From Candidatus Zixiibacteriota bacterium (GTDB taxonomy: Bacteria > Zixibacteria > MSB-5A5 > GN15 > FEB-12), in assembly GCA_041742355.1 (NCBI GenBank), contig JBGSIV010000160.1, positions 1 to 17,738 on the forward strand: a DNA stretch of 17,738 bases, in the 5' to 3' direction. The stretch's first letter is position 1; each line of letters starts with the position of its first letter. The translations under genes and the position numbers were made by a program. Below, piece by piece: positions 10,465 through 17,738 of the stretch. The notes under the pieces are model-generated. The model saw only the letters and a program-made list of their open reading frames with translations, had not been told where the DNA came from and searched no databases.

Positions 10465-11514
10465 CTACGCGTTCTTGTGGATTTTGCGCCGGAACTTGGC
10501 ATAGGTGCCGTAATCGACATACGTGAGATTCTCGTCAAGCAGCTTGTGCGTCCTGATCGTCAGGTCGCGCACCTTGTCGATACGGTCGGTCACTTTCCAG
10601 ATGAACGCGTCGGAGCCGGCGCCGGAGCCGTAGGAGCACATCATGATCATGTCTCCCGGTTTGGCCACATCGAGCGTCGCGGTGAGGCCGATCGGGGAGG
10701 CCCCGGAGTAGGTGTTGCCCAGGCGCGGCGACAGCCAGCCCGGATCGATCTGCTCCTGGGTGAATCCGAGTTCGAGCGCCACGCGCTGCGGGAACTTCCC
10801 GTTCGGCTGGTGGAAAATCGCCCACTGGAAGTCCTGCGGCTTCATTCCGGATTTTTTCAGGATGGCGTTGGTCGCGCCCTTGGTGTGGGCGAAGTACGCC
10901 TCTTCACCGGTGAACCGCCCCGCGTGCTGCGGATAGAACTCGTGTTCGCGGCGCCAGAAGTCCGGCATATCGGTCATGTACGAGTGCGTGAACAGGCACT
11001 CGGCGATGAGGTTCTCTTTCCCCATGATGAACGCACCCGCCCCGGCCGCGGCCGAGAACTCCAGCGCGTCCGAGGGGGCACCCTGCGAGGTATCCGCCGC
11101 AATCGCCAGCGCATACTTCATAAAGCCCGACTCGACATGGGACAGCGCGACAAACATCGCCTCCGACCCCGCCTTGCAGGCGAATTCGAAATCGGCGCAG
11201 TGAATGTCCGGCGTCGCCCCGATCGCCTCGGCCACGGTCGTGCCCGACGGCTTGACGGCATAGGGATGGGACTCAGAGCCGATGTAGATCGCGCCGATAT
11301 CGACCGGGTTGACCGTCTGGGCCCGAATGAGCGCCCGGCGCGCCGCTTCCACCGACAGGGTAATCGTGTCCATGTCCGGCGGCGGAACCGACTTTTCGCG
11401 GAGCATCAGGCCTTTTTTGTAGCTCGGTGCATCCGCGCCCCACACCTTCGCGATCTCTTCCACTTTGATCCGGTGGCGGGGGAGGTGGCAGCCATAACCA
11501 ACAATACCTGCCAT
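10465..11514 (-). CDS. Archaeal-type hydroxymethylglutaryl-CoA synthase
   Basis: 349 aa from ATG 11514 (MAGIVGYG) with a GAGG RBS. Motifs GSESHPYAVKP, DFEFACKAG, DFWRR, FHQPNGKFP, GNTYSG and SYGSGAGSD match the archaeal HMGCS family, with Glu/Cys/His intact. Confidence 0.93.
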   Translation of the reverse strand: MAGIVGYGCHLPRHRIKVEEIAKVWGADAPSYKKGLMLREKSVPPPDMDTITLSVEAARRALIRAQTVNPVDIGAIYIGSESHPYAVKPSGTTVAEAIGATPDIHCADFEFACKAGSEAMFVALSHVESGFMKYALAIAADTSQGAPSDALEFSAAAGAGAFIMGKENLIAECLFTHSYMTDMPDFWRREHEFYPQHAGRFTGEEAYFAHTKGATNAILKKSGMKPQDFQWAIFHQPNGKFPQRVALELGFTQEQIDPGWLSPRLGNTYSGASPIGLTATLDVAKPGDMIMMCSYGSGAGSDAFIWKVTDRIDKVRDLTIRTHKLLDENLTYVDYGTYAKFRRKIHKNA

Positions 11515-11584
11515 AGTTTTTACCTCGTTAACTGTGAGTGTTCGTTGGCAACCAACGTTTTCCATAGTCTTACTCGATTTTTCG

Positions 11585-11613
11585 AACATACCCATTTGTG
11601 AATGGATACACAA
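11585..11613 (-). promoter_or_regulatory. Candidate promoter of the HMGCS operon with an inverted repeat in its spacer
   Basis: Minus strand TTGTGT-17 bp-TATGTT. Imperfect palindrome TACCCATT-TGTG-AATGGATA at 11589-11608, in an AT-rich divergent intergenic region. Confidence 0.4.
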
Positions 11614-11706
11614 GCAATTCGGACTGGATAGAGCACGTTTCCCGACGATTTTTGTCGCCCCCACATTTTTCTCAGCTTCCCCCCTCCCCCCGCCGATAAA
11701 CCGACA

Positions 11707-12330
11707 ATGATAGCAGCCTGCATACTGACCGGCCTTTTGTCGGCCGCTTCGTTCAACCCCTATGCCGACCTGACCCGGCCGACCGTGGATAGCAACACCG
11801 CCTTTTTTCAGGGGGATCAGCGCTCCTACATCTTCGCCGCTCCCACCGGATACCGGCTGGTGCTCGATGAGGCCGCCCGCGACGGTTTTTCGCTCGCCTT
11901 TGTCCCCGAGGACCAGGCGTTCGATTCGGCCGATGTCCTTATCAACGCGACCATTTTCAGCTTCAAGGGGAAGAAAACCCCGTTCCGCAAAATCGTCGCC
12001 GAGGACACGACGGCTCTCCGGACACACTACGGACCGTCGATCGAAATCTGGGGCGTGGATTCGGTCTACAGCGGCACCCGGGAGTTGATTCCGACTGTCT
12101 ATCTCAACGACAAGAAACGCTTCCTCCCGACCGTCATGGTCTCGTACTTCGACGGCGGTTCGGAGGTCGTCATATTCGAGCTGGTGATCAGCGACCGCTA
12201 CCCTCGGTTCAAGGCCGAGCCGGCCTACGACGAGGCCCTCCAGCGCTTCAAAGCTCTTCGCCGAGGGGATCCGTCGACCGTGAACTTCGGCAGCGCCGAC
12301 AGCACCGATGCGGCCGTGAAAGATTTCTAG
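11707..12330 (+). CDS. Hypothetical exported protein
   Basis: 207 aa with a hydrophobic N-terminus ending SAAS (signal-peptide-like), GC3-rich codons and a downstream hairpin. Confidence 0.75.
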   Translation: MIAACILTGLLSAASFNPYADLTRPTVDSNTAFFQGDQRSYIFAAPTGYRLVLDEAARDGFSLAFVPEDQAFDSADVLINATIFSFKGKKTPFRKIVAEDTTALRTHYGPSIEIWGVDSVYSGTRELIPTVYLNDKKRFLPTVMVSYFDGGSEVVIFELVISDRYPRFKAEPAYDEALQRFKALRRGDPSTVNFGSADSTDAAVKDF

Positions 12331-12357
12331 TACGCAGCGTCTCATGCGGGGTTAACG

Positions 12358-12396
12358 CAACGGCGGTCTGCGGGGAGCAGGCCGCCGTTGTCATTT
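12358..12396 (+). terminator. Strong hairpin, probable terminator
   Basis: CAACGGCGGTCTGC-GGGGA-GCAGGCCGCCGTTG followed by TCATTT. Confidence 0.5.
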
Positions 12397-12412
12397 GGCG
12401 CAGGTCGTTCTT

Positions 12413-12525
12413 GCAGGGCGGGAATCCCCGGATTTCCGCCTTGGTACTCTTTGCCTGTCCCGGCAGAAGCCTGAGGGCTCCGGCCCGTTATTGCCCTGGC
12501 AGGAGCCTGGGGGCTCCTGCCCTAC
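12413..12525. repeat. Three REP-like palindromes (one intact GTAG-type, two degenerate)
   Basis: GGCAGGAGCC-TGGG-GGCTCCTGCCCTAC at 12498-12525, the same family as 14873 and 14977. Degenerate copy at 12462-12486. GCAG-GGCGGGAATCC..GGATTTCCGCC at 12413-12440. Confidence 0.7.
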
Positions 12526-12539
12526 AGCGACGACTATCA

Positions 12540-12568
12540 TTGACATCCTCATCCGGTTCGCCTATACT
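12540..12568 (+). promoter_or_regulatory. Near-consensus sigma70 promoter
   Basis: TTGACA-17 bp-TATACT, 29 bp upstream of ATG 12598, with an AGGAGAGG RBS in between. Confidence 0.8.
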
Positions 12569-12597
12569 CCGTGGACAAACTAGGAGAGGTTTCCCAT

Positions 12598-13632
12598 ATG
12601 CACCATCGCCGGACATTTCTGCTCACCCTGATGCTGCTGCTCTTTGTGGCGGCCGCACCCCTGTATGCCCAGGAACCCACGGAGGATATCGAACCGACCG
12701 TCTGGTCGTTTCTGTTTTCCTGGCACTACCTGCTCTTTGTGATTGTTGCCGTGATCGGCCTCGTGCTGGTTATGAACCGCCTGGTCAACAAGTGGGTTCG
12801 TATCGGGGCGATGGCGGCTGTGTTCGTCCTTTTCGGCCTCGACTACCTCTTCCCGCTGCATCCGAGCCCAATGTGCGGCGTGACCAACCTGTTCATGTTC
12901 AGAGTCACGACCGGCATGTTCTTCCCCATTTTCATTGCGCTCTTCCTTGCGATGTTCGTGCCGAGTTTTATCGGGCGCAAGCTCTTCTGCGGCTGGGTGT
13001 GCCCGCTGGGGGCGCTCCAGGAACTGGCCAACAAGATCCCGTTCAAGTGGAAATTCAAGCAGTTCAATTTCACCGCTTTCAACGCGGTCCGCATGAGCCT
13101 CCTCGGCCTGTTCATCCTGACTGTCTTCGCGGTGAAATCCCATATCGCCCTGCTCGCAGAACGCCTGGAGGTAAACCCGGCCGAGGGGCCATGGGTGGCG
13201 TTCTCGGCCTACAGCGTGTATCAGCCGATCAACTTCTTCGAGCTGCTGCACTGGAATATCGATTTGACTTTCTACATCATGATGGGGATCCTCCTGATCG
13301 CGAGCCTGGTGCTGTACCGCCCCTTCTGCTACAGCATCTGCCCGATCGGGGCCCTGACCTGGCTGGTGGAGAAGATTGCTCCGGCTCGTATCCACATCGA
13401 CCGCGACGCCTGCACGCTGTGTATGGATTGTGTGGAGGCAGCTCCGTGCCCGACGATCAAGAAGATTGTCGAAGGCGACGCGAAAGCCCTCCCCGACTGC
13501 ACGTCGTGTGGCGAGTGCCTCCGGGCGTGTGAGTTCGACGCCCTCAGCTACGGCTTCACTGCGAAGCGTGGCGGAAAGCCAGCTGCGAAGCCCGCTCCCG
13601 GTCAGAAAGCGGATGCGTTACCGACAGCGTGA
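12598..13632 (+). CDS. Membrane-bound 4Fe-4S binding protein (NapH/MauN/YccM-like)
   Basis: Multiple TM segments, GRKLFCGWVCPLGALQE, RPFCYSICPIGAL, and ferredoxin motifs CTLCMDC..CP and CTSCGECLRAC. Confidence 0.87.
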   Translation: MHHRRTFLLTLMLLLFVAAAPLYAQEPTEDIEPTVWSFLFSWHYLLFVIVAVIGLVLVMNRLVNKWVRIGAMAAVFVLFGLDYLFPLHPSPMCGVTNLFMFRVTTGMFFPIFIALFLAMFVPSFIGRKLFCGWVCPLGALQELANKIPFKWKFKQFNFTAFNAVRMSLLGLFILTVFAVKSHIALLAERLEVNPAEGPWVAFSAYSVYQPINFFELLHWNIDLTFYIMMGILLIASLVLYRPFCYSICPIGALTWLVEKIAPARIHIDRDACTLCMDCVEAAPCPTIKKIVEGDAKALPDCTSCGECLRACEFDALSYGFTAKRGGKPAAKPAPGQKADALPTA

Positions 13633-13659
13633 TTGGATCGTACCGACTATGAATAGTTG

Positions 13660-13688
13660 GGCGGGAGTCTCCAGACTCCCGCCTTTCT
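13660..13688 (+). terminator. Hairpin terminator between convergent genes
   Basis: GGCGGGAGTCT-CC-AGACTCCCGCC followed by TTTCT. Confidence 0.65.
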
Positions 13689-13740
13689 GCTGTCCCCGAA
13701 ACCATGCGGGGGCCGAGCTTCCCTTGCAGCGCAACAGCCT

Positions 13741-14193
13741 TTACTGTTTCCCCTCCAACTCCCTCACCAGCTGTTTCATCTCCTCAATTTCGCGCAGCTG
13801 GCTCTCGATTATTTGGTCGGCAAGCCGCCGAACCCGGGGGTCTTCGATATTGGCGCGACGGCTTGTTAGAATAGCGATCGAGTGGTGCGGGATCATGGCT
13901 TTCATGTACGCGACATCATCGATCGTCGCCTGGCTGCGCACCAGCCAGAGCGCCACCGCAAATAAGACGGCGCTCCCTGCCAGAATACCGGTGTTCACCC
14001 GCCGGTTCTGATACATATGCCACATGAATGCCAGCATGACGACCGCCATGGCCGAACCCATCACGATCGCCATGTACACCCGCATCTCGCTGAAATACAC
14101 GTGCCGAATGTCATATGTGTTCAGATAGGTCATTCCGTACATGATGCCGACCGCGGCCAGAATCATGACCCCGAACCTGCCATACCTGCTCAT
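13741..14193 (-). CDS. DUF305 (ferritin-like) domain membrane protein
   Basis: 150 aa from ATG 14193 with a GAGGAGG RBS. Met-rich TM helices, YMKAMIPHHSIAILTS and LADQIIESQLREIEEM. Confidence 0.85.
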   Translation of the reverse strand: MSRYGRFGVMILAAVGIMYGMTYLNTYDIRHVYFSEMRVYMAIVMGSAMAVVMLAFMWHMYQNRRVNTGILAGSAVLFAVALWLVRSQATIDDVAYMKAMIPHHSIAILTSRRANIEDPRVRRLADQIIESQLREIEEMKQLVRELEGKQ

Positions 14194-14280
14194 GACCGTC
14201 CTCCTCTCGGGACATCGGGTGATACTCCTCCCGGTCGGCCGGGCCTGAGCCAACAGGAGCAAACGCCTGCCACAGAACGG

Positions 14281-14309
14281 AAACAAAAAGCAAGAGCCGG
14301 TGCTCTTGC
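14281..14309 (-). terminator. Intrinsic terminator about 90 nt upstream of the DUF305 start
   Basis: Minus strand GCAAGAGC-ACCG-GCTCTTGC-TTTTTGTTT. Confidence 0.75.
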
Positions 14310-14516
14310 CTGCCATGCGTTGAGAGGAACCCGGCACTGCGGCCACTGGCTGCGGCGCAACAGCTTCCTCACCAATGTATACGAAATGTAGTGTGGATTG
14401 ATTGGCTCTCGCCGGTGACCACCGGTTTGCACTCTGTCCGAGAGGGCTCAGCCAAGTCCTGCAGATCAGGATCCTCGGTGCTCCTGACCTAGATCTTCAC
14501 AGGCGTTCAGAAGCTG

Positions 14517-14822
14517 TCATGCCGGCGAAAATCCTGCCCCGGGCTTTACTGTGAGCCAGGATCCATCCTTTGCCTCTTCCCCGAACGCCGCGTCTTCCCG
14601 TTCGTCCTCTTCGACGTACACGACGTACTCGATACGATTCTGCTCATCCCCGTTCTGCCACTGTGCGTATACATTCCGGCCTATAAACCGCGAGCCGTCG
14701 TGCAACCACCGTTTGTCGACAAAATGCCGCTTGATCACCCAGCCGCAGAAGCCGAAGATCGCGGCGTGGAATAGCGCGAGCGTGATGATGACTGAAGCAG
14801 TCATGCGATTACTTTGCTCCAT
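14517..14822 (-). CDS. Small hypothetical membrane protein
   Basis: 101 aa, one N-terminal TM helix and an acidic C-terminal half. Alternative ATG at 14804. Fills the gap between repeats. Confidence 0.55.
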   Translation of the reverse strand: MEQSNRMTASVIITLALFHAAIFGFCGWVIKRHFVDKRWLHDGSRFIGRNVYAQWQNGDEQNRIEYVVYVEEDEREDAAFGEEAKDGSWLTVKPGAGFSPA

Positions 14823-15022
14823 ATGGTGTCAGGCGGGGTCGCCTGACACCACGGCTGCCTGTAGACACAGGTGGCAGGAGCCGAGGGGCTCCTGCCCTAC
14901 AAGACTGCCCTACAAGACACTCTTTCAGCGGTGTCAGGCGGGGGCGCCTGACACCACGGCTGCCTGTAGACACAATGGCAGGAGCCGAGGGGCTCCTGCC
15001 CTACAAGACTGCCCTACAAGAC
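14823..15022. repeat. Tandem ~105-bp composite REP unit (BIME-like), 2 copies
   Basis: Each unit has the GGTGTCAGGCG-N4-CGCCTGACACCAC palindrome, linker GGCTGCCTGTAGACACA, GGCAGGAGCCGAGGGGCTCCTGCCCTAC, and duplicated CTGCCCTACAAGA. Confidence 0.9.
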
Positions 15023-15027
15023 GCCGC

Positions 15028-17652
<2,625 letters not shown>

Positions 17653-17682
17653 GTATCACCACCTTCCTCATGCATTGGCGCT

Positions 17683-17738
17683 GTAGGGCACGACCCTTCA
17701 GCGGTCGTGCCTCGCTCTGTGGTGTCAGGTGAGGACAC
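17683..17738. repeat. GTAG-type REP followed by a truncated RAYT-type palindrome
   Basis: GTAGGGCACGACCCTTCAGCGGTCGTGCCTC at 17683-17713 is the reverse complement of 1754-1784. GTGGTGTCAGGTGAGGACAC at 17719-17738 is identical to the start of the 8804 copy. Confidence 0.85.

Noticed and set aside
8891..11514. PhlABC (diacetylphloroglucinol acetyltransferase) cluster
   Set aside because: Same three folds, but the HMGCS keeps the archaeal catalytic Glu/Cys/His motifs and no type III PKS (phlD) is nearby.
10465..12345. 626-aa ORF suggesting an HMGCS with a long N-terminal fusion
   Set aside because: The extension is the antisense shadow of the 11707-12330 gene plus intergenic DNA. HMGCS similarity and the RBS begin at ATG 11514.
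14405..14435. c-di-GMP-I riboswitch-like GCAAACC stem on the minus strand
   Set aside because: It lacks the GAAA tetraloop and the GACGCAAA / tetraloop-receptor elements.

Overview
GC-rich bacterial chromosomal window, mostly minus-strand genes. Left: a branched-chain acyl-CoA cluster of AtuA/DUF1446 protein, 3-methylcrotonyl-CoA-carboxylase-type beta subunit, enoyl-CoA (methylglutaconyl-CoA-type) hydratase and a biotin carboxylase that runs off the window. Middle: two orphan genes (one with an HExxxH motif), an intact REP-associated tyrosine transposase (RAYT) flanked on both sides by periodic arrays of a 30-bp palindrome, and a compact archaeal-type HMG-CoA synthase / thiolase / DUF35 operon whose DUF35 lacks the Zn-ribbon cysteines. 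Right: a secreted hypothetical protein, a membrane 4Fe-4S protein with a near-consensus sigma70 promoter, a DUF305 protein preceded by a terminator-containing structured region, a small membrane ORF and clpB. Many intergenic regions hold REP-like palindromes of several families. All calls come from motif recognition by eye; no database search was run.
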